From: Promethearchaeota archaeon
GTDB lineage: Archaea; Asgardarchaeota; Lokiarchaeia; Sigyniarchaeales; SOKP01
Reading direction: 5' to 3'
Assembly: GCA_048937405.1 (NCBI GenBank)
Contig: JBHLNF010000002.1
Span: forward strand, 64,001-128,000
Length of the DNA: 64,000 bases
The notes under the pieces are model-generated. The model ran no database searches. It saw only the letters and a program-made list of their open reading frames with translations, and had not been told where the DNA came from. Of the stretch, positions 28,354 through 40,323 are shown piece after piece (within the stretch, counting starts at the first letter, position 1; the number at the start of each line of letters is the position of its first letter). The translations under genes and the position numbers were made by a program.

Positions 28354-29631
28354 ATGATTAAGATGGATGAAATAGAATCAAATAAAAATGAAAACAATGA
28401 TAATCTTTCAAAAAAGATTGAAAAAAGTGATTATCTTTATCAAAGGAAACCCGTACATTTGAATGTAGAAAGTGCAGACGATAAATTCGACGTAGTTGTA
28501 CCAAAAAAGAATCTTATTGTTCTAATTGCGATTTTTATAGTGCTCTTCTTTATCCAATTCTATTATTTTAGTGGACTTTATTATAAGCTTATGTTTCCAG
28601 ATGAACCTTTTAATCCGGGGGACTTCTATTGGTGGGCGCCTTTAGTGTTTATCGTTATTGCGATTATTCCTATATTAGCTTGGGGTCAGATTGGGGCTCG
28701 ATTTGCCTCTAGAAGCATGGTAAAATATTTGAGAAAAACAGTATCGAAAATAAGACCGAAACCAGTAGAAATTCTTTTGGGATATCCTCTAAGAACCAAA
28801 GATATATATTATCTCGAAACATATCCCATGGATTTAAACTTAGGAAAAGGAGTTGCTAGCATAAAGATTTTTATCAAGAGGGTCTTGAATGTATTGTTTC
28901 TTTCCATGGGTATGAGTGTTGTCATTTCTCAAGCAGTAGCACCATATCTTTATGGCCCAGTTATTGAGTGGGATCCTGATTTGTATTTTAATATCGAAGA
29001 AATGATTATTGATCTTACGATTTATTTAGGACCTTTTACTTTACTGATCCTCATGTTTGTTATGCCTGTATTTTGGGTTGCTGAAGATACTCAAGCTTAT
29101 CGTGTTAACGAATACCAAGATTCTGTCCGATTAGGTTATTATTTGAGAACTGGAATATTAAGTAAAATTCTTGGATTCTTTGGATTAGTTATTGTATTTA
29201 ATTTGGCTCAAGAATTTGCTTCCGCTCTTTTAGCTGAAGGTGAAGCAATTGAACCTTCGCTTTTAATGAGTTCTCCAGGACTTGCGATTCAAGTGTATAC
29301 AACAACTCTTATCTGGTTTTTACTTATCCTCGGAATGTGTGCAGCAATTCCATTTTTAGTTACACTAGTATATTTATCCTTTTATCATGAAAGATGGGTA
29401 AATAACGTAAGAGTTAAGGCGAGTGAATTTATGGAACTTGGAACATTTGAAGTTCGAGAACCCTTGGAAGCCAATTTGAAATATATGAGAAATTTTGAAA
29501 TGATCGATGAAACTGGTGGGTTTTTCCAAACTACAATTGGAAGGATAATTCTTATCATATTGATTATAGTCGTTTCCTTAATATGTTTCTATCTTGCATT
29601 TATATTGGGTTTCGAAGGAGCTTTATTTTAG
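28354..29631 (+). CDS. Hypothetical multi-pass membrane protein
   Basis: 425-aa ORF with about 7 hydrophobic segments; no family recognised. Confidence 0.7.
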   Translation: MIKMDEIESNKNENNDNLSKKIEKSDYLYQRKPVHLNVESADDKFDVVVPKKNLIVLIAIFIVLFFIQFYYFSGLYYKLMFPDEPFNPGDFYWWAPLVFIVIAIIPILAWGQIGARFASRSMVKYLRKTVSKIRPKPVEILLGYPLRTKDIYYLETYPMDLNLGKGVASIKIFIKRVLNVLFLSMGMSVVISQAVAPYLYGPVIEWDPDLYFNIEEMIIDLTIYLGPFTLLILMFVMPVFWVAEDTQAYRVNEYQDSVRLGYYLRTGILSKILGFFGLVIVFNLAQEFASALLAEGEAIEPSLLMSSPGLAIQVYTTTLIWFLLILGMCAAIPFLVTLVYLSFYHERWVNNVRVKASEFMELGTFEVREPLEANLKYMRNFEMIDETGGFFQTTIGRIILIILIIVVSLICFYLAFILGFEGALF

Positions 29632-29828
29632 TAAAATTGAATGATTTCTAAATTTCTTTTCAATTTTTTTTAAGAATAAATTCTAATTAAAATAAATAGT
29701 TATATTAGATTTGAAAAACTGGTAATTTCTGAGTATCTTCAACTGATGAGTATTATTCAATAATATTAAAAATGAATAGTACTATTATTCTAATTACATA
29801 ATTTTGAATAATAATACTATTTAAAAAG

Positions 29829-31322
29829 ATGATAATTAAAATGCAAAAAAGCTTAGAAAAGGATTTAGCCAAAATTCTCAAAAAAGAGAAATTTCAAGCA
29901 AATATGATAAGTTATATGTCGAAAGTAGGAAAATTATTACTCTTCATACTTCCCGTGGCTCTTGTTTTAGTTACAATCCTAACTTTAATAGCCCAACTAG
30001 ATATTACTGATATTACATTGAATATAATTTTCTACGTTATTTTAGCGGTTTATTTATTCAATTCAGTGATGCTATTGTTAGGAGCTAATTCTACTGAATC
30101 TTCTCTTAAATTACGGTTAAAATTCGAAAGGAAAAGGGGTAGGCCTATTGATAGTCTCGATGGTTTTGATTTATTAGCTAATAATGTTAAAAGAGTTACA
30201 AATCTATTAAAATTCATTTCTCTTATTTGTTTTATTGCTCTTGTATTATTTATAGTAATGATTTTCCTTGGGGATCTTAATTTAGGATTTGCTGCAGCGG
30301 GATTTTCTTTAGTAGGTTTTGGATTAGCAATTTTAATCCGAAGTTTAAATTTGAATATACACGATGTAAATGGACTTCAAGATTTCTATAAACCTACTAC
30401 ACACCAGATTTTCTTAGATAATTTTTTCGCCGAAATTCTTTCAAATCACTTAGATCCAGTTACATTCCTGAAATGGGATGAATATTTAGCAGAATTAAAT
30501 AAAATTTTGAAGCCTGATTTCATTCAGAAAATTAAAGAAACTGAACCAGATGAGTTACCTATTACATTTGCAATCGAGAGAATATTATTTCTTTATTATT
30601 TGAAATTTCAGGAAGTTTTATCAGAAGATCAATTAATACAAGAATTAAAAGAAATTATTAATGTAGATTCGGATAATTTCGATGTGGAGAAAGGGATATT
30701 CATGGAAGAAAGATGGTACTTCTCTATGAGTGACATTGTTAAACTATTCGATTATATTAGAAAATTCAATCCTGGCTTTTTCAATATAATTGATAGATTA
30801 CAACTGGAATTAGCTGATAATATAGAACGAATCTCAAAAGATCCAATTTATATGGATTCGACAGCGCAAGAAGTAGTTTATCTGAATAGTGAACTCAATA
30901 TTTTCTGCTACCTCTATAATAACGCTTCAGAGGCAAAAAAGTACATTATAAAAATTAATGCACCTGGATTTGAACCCAATAAATTAAAACTTGACATTGA
31001 AGTGGAAGGAAGAGGTACATTCATGATACCAGATAAACCTATTCCGCTAATATCCTCTGAAAGTAATGATATTGTAAGTGTATTATCAACAATGTTGGAA
31101 AATGGAGATACTACTTGGTTAACTTTAGAGCCTAGAGAAACTGGAGAACAAACAGTTCAAATTTTCTTACTCTCTGAAGATGGAACTATAATTGAAGGAA
31201 AAACACGTGTTGTCAAAGTTTCTAAAAATATAAAAGATTATATCAAAAAATTGAGTTCTATTGGCTCTCTTCTTGGTGGTCTTGCTGTACCCCTTGCTAA
31301 AATCCTCCCTTCAATGTTATAG
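29829..31322 (+). CDS. Hypothetical membrane protein (4 N-terminal TMs, helical domain, beta-rich C-terminal domain)
   Basis: 497-aa ORF with host-like codon usage; no family recognised. Confidence 0.7.
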   Translation: MIIKMQKSLEKDLAKILKKEKFQANMISYMSKVGKLLLFILPVALVLVTILTLIAQLDITDITLNIIFYVILAVYLFNSVMLLLGANSTESSLKLRLKFERKRGRPIDSLDGFDLLANNVKRVTNLLKFISLICFIALVLFIVMIFLGDLNLGFAAAGFSLVGFGLAILIRSLNLNIHDVNGLQDFYKPTTHQIFLDNFFAEILSNHLDPVTFLKWDEYLAELNKILKPDFIQKIKETEPDELPITFAIERILFLYYLKFQEVLSEDQLIQELKEIINVDSDNFDVEKGIFMEERWYFSMSDIVKLFDYIRKFNPGFFNIIDRLQLELADNIERISKDPIYMDSTAQEVVYLNSELNIFCYLYNNASEAKKYIIKINAPGFEPNKLKLDIEVEGRGTFMIPDKPIPLISSESNDIVSVLSTMLENGDTTWLTLEPRETGEQTVQIFLLSEDGTIIEGKTRVVKVSKNIKDYIKKLSSIGSLLGGLAVPLAKILPSML

Positions 31323-31544
31323 AAAATAGCTTCATTTTCTTTTATTTTTTTCCTTTATTCTTAAATTTTATCAAATCTATATGAAATTGTTCAAAATCAA
31401 GAGCTTTTCACATAGATTTAAATAATATAAATAGACTATATATTTGTTTTAATAAAAGCAATATTTTAAAATGCCAAAACGAAATTCTATTGATCTTAAT
31501 ATGGAGGGTCATATCAATTTATAAAATTTAATAGGTAAAAATTA

Positions 31545-33419
31545 TTGAGTGAATCAGAACTTTATCAAACTGAGGAAAAATTTAAGGAACTCTTTGAAAA
31601 TATAAATTCTGCGGTTGTAATTTATGAATCAATAAACAATGGGAAAGATTTTATATACAAACAGATGAATAGGGCAGCTTTAGATCTATTTAAAAGCTCT
31701 AGGAAAAATATTATTGATAAAAATATTATCGATATATTTCCCGGTTTGGAAGAATTTGGTTTAATAGATGCTTTAAGAAGGGTAAGGAAAACAGGTACAT
31801 CAGAGCATTTTCCAATATCTCTTTATAAAGACGAGAGAATTTCTGGTTGGACTGAAATATATATCTATAAATTACCTTCAGAAAGAGTGGTTGCTATATT
31901 TGAACCAATGACAAAACTCATTGAAAAAGAACAAGAATTAAAAGAAACTAAATTAAAATTTAGTACATTAGCTGATCAATCATTAATGGGAATATATATT
32001 CTTCAAGAAAATAAAATAATTTATGCTAATCAAAAGCTTGCAGATATAATGGGATTTGATTATGAGGAACTTATGAATATGAATTTGGAAGACCTATTAA
32101 TTCATGTACATCCAGATGATAGAGAATTCGTTAAAAAACAAATAATTAAAAAACAAAATGGAAAGAAAGATGTAATGGATCAATATCAATTCCGCTACCT
32201 TAAACCATCAGGAGAATTATTATGGATTGAAGTTTATTCAAGAACAATTACTTATGAAGGCAAGTCTGCTAATTTTGTAACATTTCTTGATAACACCGAA
32301 AAAAAGCAGATGGAGGATGCTCTACAAAAATCTGAACGTGAAAAATCAGTTATTTTAGAAAGTCTTTTTGAGCATATAGTCTACCAAACGACAGATAATA
32401 CTATGCTATGGGTAAATAAGGCAGCTGCTGATTCAGTAAATATGAAACCAGAAGAATTGATTGGACGTAAATGTTACCAAATTTGGAATGTTTTAGATGA
32501 ACCTTGCGAAGGATGTCCAATAAGAAAGTGTATTATCAGTAAAAAACCTGAAACAAATGAAATAACTACACCAGATGGGAGAATATGGTCGGTTTCAGGG
32601 TATCCTGTTAAGGATGATGGCAATAACGTCATTGCTGTTGTTGAATCTACTTTGAATATAACAGAAGAAAAAACTGCAGAAAGAAAAGTAAAAAACTCCG
32701 AAGAAAAATATAAAAAAGCATATTATCAAGCAAATCTTTATAAAGACATTTTTGCTCATGATATTAATAATATATTGCAAAACATTAGCTCTTCAGTTGA
32801 GCTTAGTTCTCTTTATCTGAATAACCCTGAAAAACTAAACACTATTAAAGAATTATATGAAATAATAGATGAACAAGTAAACAGAGGGAAAAAGTTAATA
32901 GCCAATGTAAGAAAGATAACTGAAATTGATGAATCGGAGATTGTTTTAGAAAAAGTTGACGCTATAGTTTTATTAAATAAAGCAATTGAATTTATAAATA
33001 ATAGTTTTCAAACGAGAAATATTGATATTCAAATTAATACTGTTATTAAAAAAACTGATGTAATTGCTAATAATTTTTTATTAGATGTGTTTGAAAACAT
33101 TTTAATTAATGCGGTTAGATATAATAACAAACCCAATATTGAAATCATTATTGATATTAGTATAGAACAGAAGGAAGATAAAAATTATCTTAAAATAGAA
33201 TTCAAAGATAATGGAGAAGGTATATCGGATTATCGGAAGAATACGATATTCGAGAGAGGATTACGAAGACGTTATAAAACTAAAGGAATGGGGCTTGGAT
33301 TATCACTTGTAAGAAAAATAATAGATACCTATAAAGGAGATATCTGGGTTGAAGATCGAGTTAAAGGTAATCATAAACAAGGTAGCAATTTTATAGTTTT
33401 AATTCCAACTAACCACTAA
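31545..33419 (+). CDS. Cytoplasmic multi-PAS sensor histidine kinase
   Basis: Three PAS domains, H-box FAHDINN, N-box NILINAVRY, DNGEGI and GMGLGL. Confidence 0.92.
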   Translation: MSESELYQTEEKFKELFENINSAVVIYESINNGKDFIYKQMNRAALDLFKSSRKNIIDKNIIDIFPGLEEFGLIDALRRVRKTGTSEHFPISLYKDERISGWTEIYIYKLPSERVVAIFEPMTKLIEKEQELKETKLKFSTLADQSLMGIYILQENKIIYANQKLADIMGFDYEELMNMNLEDLLIHVHPDDREFVKKQIIKKQNGKKDVMDQYQFRYLKPSGELLWIEVYSRTITYEGKSANFVTFLDNTEKKQMEDALQKSEREKSVILESLFEHIVYQTTDNTMLWVNKAAADSVNMKPEELIGRKCYQIWNVLDEPCEGCPIRKCIISKKPETNEITTPDGRIWSVSGYPVKDDGNNVIAVVESTLNITEEKTAERKVKNSEEKYKKAYYQANLYKDIFAHDINNILQNISSSVELSSLYLNNPEKLNTIKELYEIIDEQVNRGKKLIANVRKITEIDESEIVLEKVDAIVLLNKAIEFINNSFQTRNIDIQINTVIKKTDVIANNFLLDVFENILINAVRYNNKPNIEIIIDISIEQKEDKNYLKIEFKDNGEGISDYRKNTIFERGLRRRYKTKGMGLGLSLVRKIIDTYKGDIWVEDRVKGNHKQGSNFIVLIPTNH

Positions 33420-33505
33420 TTATCTATAGCTTTCTGAATTGTTAGGGAAATATTCTTTATTTTATTACTATAAACTTTAAAAATGATATAGATAAAAATG
33501 AAAAT

Positions 33506-35026
33506 ATGGAAATATATGACATTGTAGTAATTGGTAGTGGAGTGGGATTAAGTGTTTTAAACGTTGGTATTCAAATGGGAATGAAATGTGCTCTTGTAGA
33601 AAATAATAAAATGGGAGGTACATGTTTAACAAGAGGATGCATTCCCTCAAAAGTACTGGTCCATCCAGCTGATTTAATTCGAGAATCTCAGCATGCTCAA
33701 AAAGTTGGAATTAATTTCAATGTAGAAGATATCAATTGGGATTTAATTGCTGAAAGAATGTGGTCTCAAATCGATGAGAGTAATATAATGGAACAAGGAC
33801 TATCATCAATCCCAAATTTGAAAGTCTATAAGGGTATCGGAGAATTTAGTGGAGATTACGAAATGATAGTTAAGGATACTGAATCTGGCCGAGAATTCGC
33901 TCATTTTAAAGGTGAAAGGTTTGTAATAGCTTCAGGAGCAAGGTCTTTCATACCACCAATTCAAGGAATTGAAAATATTGATTACATTACAAATGAAACC
34001 TTCTTTGGAAAAAAATTTCCGAAAAAACCATGGAAGAGTCTTATAATTATTGGTGGTGGAGTTATAGCCGCAGAATTTGCTCATATCTTCTCGGCAATGG
34101 GTACTGAAGTCACTATTGTAGAAATGCTTCCGCGTTTGGTTGTAACGGAAGAACCAGAAATCAGTAGACTTTTAGCGAAAAACTTTAGAAATTATATGAA
34201 TGTCTTATTAAATGAAAAGGCAGTAAAAGTATATGAGAAGAAAGGACAAAAAATCGTTTTATTAAAAAATACACAAACAAGTGAAGAAAAGGAAATAAAA
34301 GCAGAAGAAATTCTTATTGCGACAGGTCGTCAATCAAATGCAGATCTATTAAAAGTTGAAAACACTGGTGTTAAAACTAATGAAAAAGGTTGGATAAAAA
34401 CTAATTCTTATCTCGAAACCAGTAAAAAGAATATATGGTGTATTGGTGATGCTAACGGACTTTATCAATTTCGTCACAAAGCAAACTATGAAGCAGAAAT
34501 TTGTACAAATAATATTTTTGGACCTGAAAATCAAAAAAAATCAGTAGAATATTCTGCAGTTCCATGGGCAATATTTACATACCCACAAATAGGTCATGTT
34601 GGAATGACTCAAGAAGAAGCCATTGAAAAAGGGTATAAAATTTTCATAGCTATGAAAAATTACTCTACAGTAGCAAAAGGGTTCGCAATGGGTTATGAAG
34701 CTGGTCAAGAAGATGATGGGTTTGTAAAATTAATTGTTGATAAATCTTATAGAATATTAGGTGCACATGTTATTGGCCCTCATGCAGCCTTATTAGTCCA
34801 ACCATTTGTATATTTGATGAACGCAGGATTTACTTGTAGTTTACCTGAATCTAAGGATGATGGAGACCTTCTTAAAATTCAAAGAGCATGTCCAGAAGCA
34901 GGTTCATTTATGCCTATCTATCATTCAATGGTTATTCACCCATCACTTAATGAAGTAACAGGTTGGGCAATCGGAAATTTGAAGCCAATTAATATTAAAA
35001 TGAGTCACCATGATCATCATAATTAA
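33506..35026 (+). CDS. Pyridine nucleotide-disulfide oxidoreductase class I (dihydrolipoamide dehydrogenase / mycothione-reductase-like)
   Basis: GGTCLTRGCIPSK redox disulfide, GGGVIAAE, IGD, C-terminal IHPSLNE. Confidence 0.9.
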   Translation: MEIYDIVVIGSGVGLSVLNVGIQMGMKCALVENNKMGGTCLTRGCIPSKVLVHPADLIRESQHAQKVGINFNVEDINWDLIAERMWSQIDESNIMEQGLSSIPNLKVYKGIGEFSGDYEMIVKDTESGREFAHFKGERFVIASGARSFIPPIQGIENIDYITNETFFGKKFPKKPWKSLIIIGGGVIAAEFAHIFSAMGTEVTIVEMLPRLVVTEEPEISRLLAKNFRNYMNVLLNEKAVKVYEKKGQKIVLLKNTQTSEEKEIKAEEILIATGRQSNADLLKVENTGVKTNEKGWIKTNSYLETSKKNIWCIGDANGLYQFRHKANYEAEICTNNIFGPENQKKSVEYSAVPWAIFTYPQIGHVGMTQEEAIEKGYKIFIAMKNYSTVAKGFAMGYEAGQEDDGFVKLIVDKSYRILGAHVIGPHAALLVQPFVYLMNAGFTCSLPESKDDGDLLKIQRACPEAGSFMPIYHSMVIHPSLNEVTGWAIGNLKPINIKMSHHDHHN

Positions 35027-35303
35027 TATCCCTAATTAAGTTTGCTTTCTTTTTTCAAACTAATTTTTTTTCTGTTATTATAAACCTATGCTAAACTCTA
35101 GATTTAAAAGGAAAATATAGATTAATTAATCAAGTGAATTAACCTTTTTGTTAGAAATAAAGTAAAGTCACAGAATCAGAGTCCAGTGATACCAGAAGGT
35201 ATCTAAACAATAGTATCTCATACGCTTTATTTTTCTTCTTTTACCAACTCAAAATAAAATCAACCACTAACTATATAGATTCTTAATCTAATATAAGGAT
35301 CAG

Positions 35304-37259
35304 ATGGTGTTAAAAAAAATTGATTCCAAAAATTGCAATGTAATTGGACAAATCTTTACTCCAAATTATATTGCTAAATTTATGGTTAAGAATATATTAG
35401 ACTATATCGAATCATTTAGAAAAAAACCTCACTCGTTAACTGTTTTAGAACCTTCAGTAGGAGAAGGAATTTTTTTAAGATATCTTTTAGATTATGGTTT
35501 TTCCAATATAACAGCCTATGAAATTGATATTAATTTGAAGGAAGTTCTTTTAGACTCTTATCCACAAATAAATTTTAAATTCGAAAATTTCTTAAGTTCA
35601 GATCCAAATGAAAAGTTTGATATTATAATAGGAAATCCACCTTATTTAGGTCAAAATTACAATGCAGAATTATTTCAAGATTATGTCAAAAAATATCCTA
35701 TTTGTGATAAATATTTTTCAGGAAATATGGATTTGTTTTATTATTTTATTCATTTAGGAATAGAAAAGTTGAATTCTGGAGGTATTCTGACATTTATTAC
35801 AACAAATTATTGGATTACTAAATCTAAAAAAACAGGCATAAAACTTCTTAAACCACATGTGTTAGAAGAGTGTTATTTACTTCAATATTTAGATCTATCT
35901 CACTTAAAACTATTTGATGATGCGAAAGGACAACATAACTGTATTTTTGTTTTACAAAAGAAAACTAAACAAGAAAAATTACAGAAATTAAACAAAAATA
36001 TTAAAGTAATCCAATTATTTGAAGGCAATGACACAAACAAAAAAAATGAATCGTTTAATGAACAGAGTTTCAAAGAACTTACTAATAATAATAAAGTGAA
36101 TCACGTAAAAAGATACTTATCTGCATTAACCAATAATGATTTAAAGAAAGATGAAAGTTGGAACTTAATTTATCCACGTGAAGTGAAGATTGTTGTTGAT
36201 AAGATTGAAAATGTTTGTAAGATTGATGGGATAATTTCTAATCTCAGCAATTATTTTTCAATACGTAATGGAATGATTCTTATTAAGGATTCAATATTTA
36301 TTTTAAATGAGAGAAAAAATTTAACAGTCAAAAATAACGATTTTTTTATCCACATTAATGGAAAATTACTAAAACTCAATGAATTTGAAAAAACTCGCCT
36401 TAAAAAAGTATATAAGAGCAAGTCCATTGAACCATTTGGTTATAGTCATGAAGAATATGTAGGTTATGTTATCTATTTTAATAAAGATGAGTTTAAGGTA
36501 AAAAGTGTTGATAAACGGAATCTTCTACTAAAAACGAAATATCCTAATTTATCAGAATATATATTACAATTTGAAAAAGTACTAAAGGAAATCTTAATAA
36601 ATGCAAAAGAAAATCCAAGAGATATTTATTTTCCAAGAAGAGGTTCCTTTATTCGTCAATATAATGACATAAATAAAGAAAATTTAATAGATCTTGAACC
36701 ATATTATGATAAAGGTGAGAAACTCTTCTTTAAATTTATCTCAAAGGATAATATTTTTGGATATTCGAATAACTCATATTATGCTACATCTGATACTTAT
36801 TTTTTATGGCCTAAATTCATGGATGATAATCTTGATATTCTCTTTCTCCTTGCTTATCTAAATTCTAAACTCGTAAATTTCCTGTTTATAGCAAAAAATA
36901 TTTCTATAAAAAGAAGTAAAACTAAGCTTGAACAGGGGTTACCGGTACCCCATCTAACTAATTTCAAAAATAAGAAAAATGAACCTACTATAGAACTAAT
37001 AAAGATACTTACTTACTCTTTAGTAAATAAGTCTGGACAAAATCCTAATAAAAATAAAGAAAAAACTATTGAGAGAATAATTAAATCAGACTATTTTTCC
37101 TTAATTAAAAACAATGAATTAAAAGAAAAGGTCATTATAGCACTAAAAAGAAATGATAGTAGTAGTATTAAATCATCAATAGATAAGTTATTCTTTCAGC
37201 TATTTGACTTAAATGAAGATCTCATAAATAATTTATTAAAAAAATATTATAATCATTAA
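35304..37259 (+). CDS. N6-adenine DNA methyltransferase (gamma class, TaqI/Eco57I-like), no cognate endonuclease nearby
   Basis: GQIFTP (motif X), VLEPSVGEGIF (motif I), IIGNPPY (motif IV), C-terminal LLAYLNSKL. Confidence 0.88.
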   Translation: MVLKKIDSKNCNVIGQIFTPNYIAKFMVKNILDYIESFRKKPHSLTVLEPSVGEGIFLRYLLDYGFSNITAYEIDINLKEVLLDSYPQINFKFENFLSSDPNEKFDIIIGNPPYLGQNYNAELFQDYVKKYPICDKYFSGNMDLFYYFIHLGIEKLNSGGILTFITTNYWITKSKKTGIKLLKPHVLEECYLLQYLDLSHLKLFDDAKGQHNCIFVLQKKTKQEKLQKLNKNIKVIQLFEGNDTNKKNESFNEQSFKELTNNNKVNHVKRYLSALTNNDLKKDESWNLIYPREVKIVVDKIENVCKIDGIISNLSNYFSIRNGMILIKDSIFILNERKNLTVKNNDFFIHINGKLLKLNEFEKTRLKKVYKSKSIEPFGYSHEEYVGYVIYFNKDEFKVKSVDKRNLLLKTKYPNLSEYILQFEKVLKEILINAKENPRDIYFPRRGSFIRQYNDINKENLIDLEPYYDKGEKLFFKFISKDNIFGYSNNSYYATSDTYFLWPKFMDDNLDILFLLAYLNSKLVNFLFIAKNISIKRSKTKLEQGLPVPHLTNFKNKKNEPTIELIKILTYSLVNKSGQNPNKNKEKTIERIIKSDYFSLIKNNELKEKVIIALKRNDSSSIKSSIDKLFFQLFDLNEDLINNLLKKYYNH

Positions 37260-37374
37260 AATAGCAATATCTAATGCCTTGTTTCCTTATTTTTCAGAAT
37301 CGATAGGTTTTTATAGATAAATTTGCATATTTAAATTGACAACAAAAGGTTGACAGAAATAATCATAATTCAAG

Positions 37375-37995
37375 GTGAGAAATGTATTGGATGATTTTGA
37401 TGATTTTATTGATGAATTTAAAAAAAATTTTAAAATAAATTCAGATATATTTGATATAGATTTTATTTTTATTCCAGAATCTAAAAATAATTTAGAAATA
37501 AAACCTGAAAATAAGAATATAAAGGGATTTAAAGTATCATATCATTTTGAATCAGGAATGGATAAACCTGACATAAAGATTGAGGGAAATATTGATGAAA
37601 ACAGAATTCGAGAACTATTGAAAGGTATGGACATGTCTAAATATCCCAAATTAAAAAAGATGTTTGAAAGAAAATCAGTAAGTGAATATGATGCTAATAT
37701 GCTTTCTTTAGAAACTCAAGAAAGTAAGGAAAATTTTGAATATTTAGAACCACAAACAGAAATAAATGATTATAAAGATTATTCTGAAATTGTTTTTGAA
37801 ATTCCTGGAATAAGTAGAGAAGATATTGAAATTAATTTTAATGATTTAGGAAATCAGCTAAGAATTAAAGCAGAGAATAAAAATAGAAAATATATGAAAA
37901 CTGTTAAATTACCTTTCATTTCTTCACTCAAAGACTATGATATTGAAGTTAAAAATGGTTTAGCAATTATAATAGCTAAGGAATCAGATAAATGA
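37375..37995 (+). CDS. hsp20: Small heat-shock protein (archaeal Hsp20); likely start TTG 37387
   Basis: EP.TEI...IVFEIPG..REDI, KY.KTVKLP, KNG alpha-crystallin motifs; GGTGA SD before 37387. Confidence 0.85.
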   Translation: MRNVLDDFDDFIDEFKKNFKINSDIFDIDFIFIPESKNNLEIKPENKNIKGFKVSYHFESGMDKPDIKIEGNIDENRIRELLKGMDMSKYPKLKKMFERKSVSEYDANMLSLETQESKENFEYLEPQTEINDYKDYSEIVFEIPGISREDIEINFNDLGNQLRIKAENKNRKYMKTVKLPFISSLKDYDIEVKNGLAIIIAKESDK

Positions 37996-38063
37996 ATATT
38001 TATAATTGAGAATAATCAATTCAATAATTAGTGTGTTTAGTAAAATAGAAGTGATAAAATTAG

Positions 38064-40289
38064 ATGAGTGGGATTACACGAGAATATAAGGGAGACGGAA
38101 AAAAAGTAAGAATTAAAGATGCATATAAAGGAGATGCTGGGAGAGGTAGGATAAGAATTGATCCAGATGTTATTGATGAACTTAAACTAAGAACTGGTGA
38201 TGTAATTGAAATTTCCCATAATGCTGCAGGAAAGAAAACTGCTGCTTTACTATTTCCTGGAAAGTTAGAAGATGCTGGCACAAATACGATTAGAATAGAT
38301 TCTTCATTGAGAAGGAATATTGGTGCTTCCTTAGACGATATTGTTGAAATCAAAAAAATTGAAGCAAGTTTAGCAGACAGAATAACTTTCGCAGGAATGG
38401 AAGAATCGGTTATTTTAAGAAGATCAGATCAATTGGTAAGAATGTTGGAAAACCGTGTTATTACCAAAGGTGATATTTTAAGTTTTAATGCGATGGGTCG
38501 TAGGATTGATTTTATAGTTATGGATTATTCACCCAGAGCAGCAGCAGTCAGGATTCATTTAGACACTAAAATTACTATTTCAGAGAAAACTCATAGAGAA
38601 TTTGAGGAATTAGAGGCACGAAGAGTTAGCTATGAGGATATAGGTGGACTAGAAGAAGAAATTCAAAAAATCCGAGAAATGATTGAATTACCAATAAGAC
38701 ATCCAGAATTATTCAAAAGAATAGGTATTGATCCTCCAAAAGGTGTATTATTACATGGACCTCCAGGAACTGGAAAGACTTTATTGGCTAGAGCTGTTGC
38801 TTATGAAACTGAAGCACATTTTATAACTATAAGTGGACCAGAAATTATGAGTAAATTTTATGGTCAAAGTGAAGAAAATCTCCGAAAAGTATTTGAAGAA
38901 GCAAAGGAAATGGCACCATCCATAATATTTATCGATGAGTTAGATTCAATTGCACCTAAGAGAGGAGAAGTTACTGGTGAAGTTGAGAGAAGGGTAGTTG
39001 CCCAATTGCTTTCATTATTGGATGGTTTAGAAGGAAGAGGAGAAATTATTGTTATAGGAGCAACCAATAGAGTAAATGACATTGATCCTGCACTTAGGCG
39101 TCCCGGGAGATTTGACCGTGAAATCGAGATTGGAGTTCCTGATACAGATGGGAGATATGAAATTTTATTAATTCACACTCGTGGAATGCCCCTTTATAAT
39201 GATGTTGATCTTCGCACTATGGCTGAAAAAACACATGGCTTCGTTGGTGCAGATGTTGAAGCATTAGCGAAAGAAGCCGCTATGTTAGCCATAAGAGAAC
39301 TTTTACCTAAAATTGATTTAGACAAACCCATTCCTCCTGAAGTTTTAAGTGATCTCCAAATTAAAATGAAAAATTTTGAAACTTCTTTAAATAGTATTGA
39401 ACCTTCAGCTTTAAGAGAGGTATTAATCAGTCAACCTACTGAAACTTGGGAAGATATCGGGGGCTTAGAAGACGCAAAACAACAATTAAGGGAAATAATT
39501 GAATGGCCACTAAAATATCCTGAATTATATAAACACTTAAATTCAAAACCACCAAATGGAATTCTTCTCTTTGGACCCCCAGGAACTGGAAAAACATTAT
39601 TAGCAAAAGCTTTAGCTCATGAAAGTGAAGTCAATTTTATTTCAGTAAAAGGTCCTGAATTTTTATCTAAATGGGTAGGTGAGAGCGAAAAAGCGGTTAG
39701 AGAAACTTTTCGAAAGGCAAGGGCGGCAGCTCCTTGTATTATTTTTTTCGATGAAATTGATGCTATTGCAGGAATGCGAGGTAGATTTTCAAGCTCTCAA
39801 GTAACTGAACAAGTTGTTTCACAATTATTAACTGAAATGGACGGATTAGAGGGATTAAAGGATGTAATTTTACTTGCTGCCACTAATAGAGCAGACATGT
39901 TAGACCCCGCATTACTACGATCAGGCCGTTTTGGGAGACATGTCGAGATACCGATGCCAGATAAAGAGGCTCGTATTGAGATCTTCAAAATCCATCTTAA
40001 AAATAAACCTTTAGCTAAAGATGTGAACATTGAGCAAATGGCACACGAACTTGAAGGGTACACTGGAGCAGATATTCAAGCAATTTGTGAAGAAGCTACT
40101 CTCTTAACAATTCGTAACGCAGTTACAAATAGAAATGTTGATACCAAAAATGCAGATTCTGTTAAAATTGTAAAAATTACAAAAGATGAATTTACTGAAT
40201 CAATCGAAAAAATTTTAAAATCAGCAGACAAAGCTAAAAAATCTCATGAAATGTATGCAAAAGAACCTTCAGAAGAATTATACAGATAA
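38064..40289 (+). CDS. cdc48: CDC48/VCP (p97) family AAA+ ATPase
   Basis: N domain plus two AAA modules (GPPGTGKT twice; FIDELD and FFDEID; [11 protein letters not shown]); C-terminal LYR HbYX motif. Confidence 0.96.
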   Translation: MSGITREYKGDGKKVRIKDAYKGDAGRGRIRIDPDVIDELKLRTGDVIEISHNAAGKKTAALLFPGKLEDAGTNTIRIDSSLRRNIGASLDDIVEIKKIEASLADRITFAGMEESVILRRSDQLVRMLENRVITKGDILSFNAMGRRIDFIVMDYSPRAAAVRIHLDTKITISEKTHREFEELEARRVSYEDIGGLEEEIQKIREMIELPIRHPELFKRIGIDPPKGVLLHGPPGTGKTLLARAVAYETEAHFITISGPEIMSKFYGQSEENLRKVFEEAKEMAPSIIFIDELDSIAPKRGEVTGEVERRVVAQLLSLLDGLEGRGEIIVIGATNRVNDIDPALRRPGRFDREIEIGVPDTDGRYEILLIHTRGMPLYNDVDLRTMAEKTHGFVGADVEALAKEAAMLAIRELLPKIDLDKPIPPEVLSDLQIKMKNFETSLNSIEPSALREVLISQPTETWEDIGGLEDAKQQLREIIEWPLKYPELYKHLNSKPPNGILLFGPPGTGKTLLAKALAHESEVNFISVKGPEFLSKWVGESEKAVRETFRKARAAAPCIIFFDEIDAIAGMRGRFSSSQVTEQVVSQLLTEMDGLEGLKDVILLAATNRADMLDPALLRSGRFGRHVEIPMPDKEARIEIFKIHLKNKPLAKDVNIEQMAHELEGYTGADIQAICEEATLLTIRNAVTNRNVDTKNADSVKIVKITKDEFTESIEKILKSADKAKKSHEMYAKEPSEELYR

Positions 40290-40323
40290 AATTTTACAAA
40301 AATTAAATAGATTTTATAATTAA

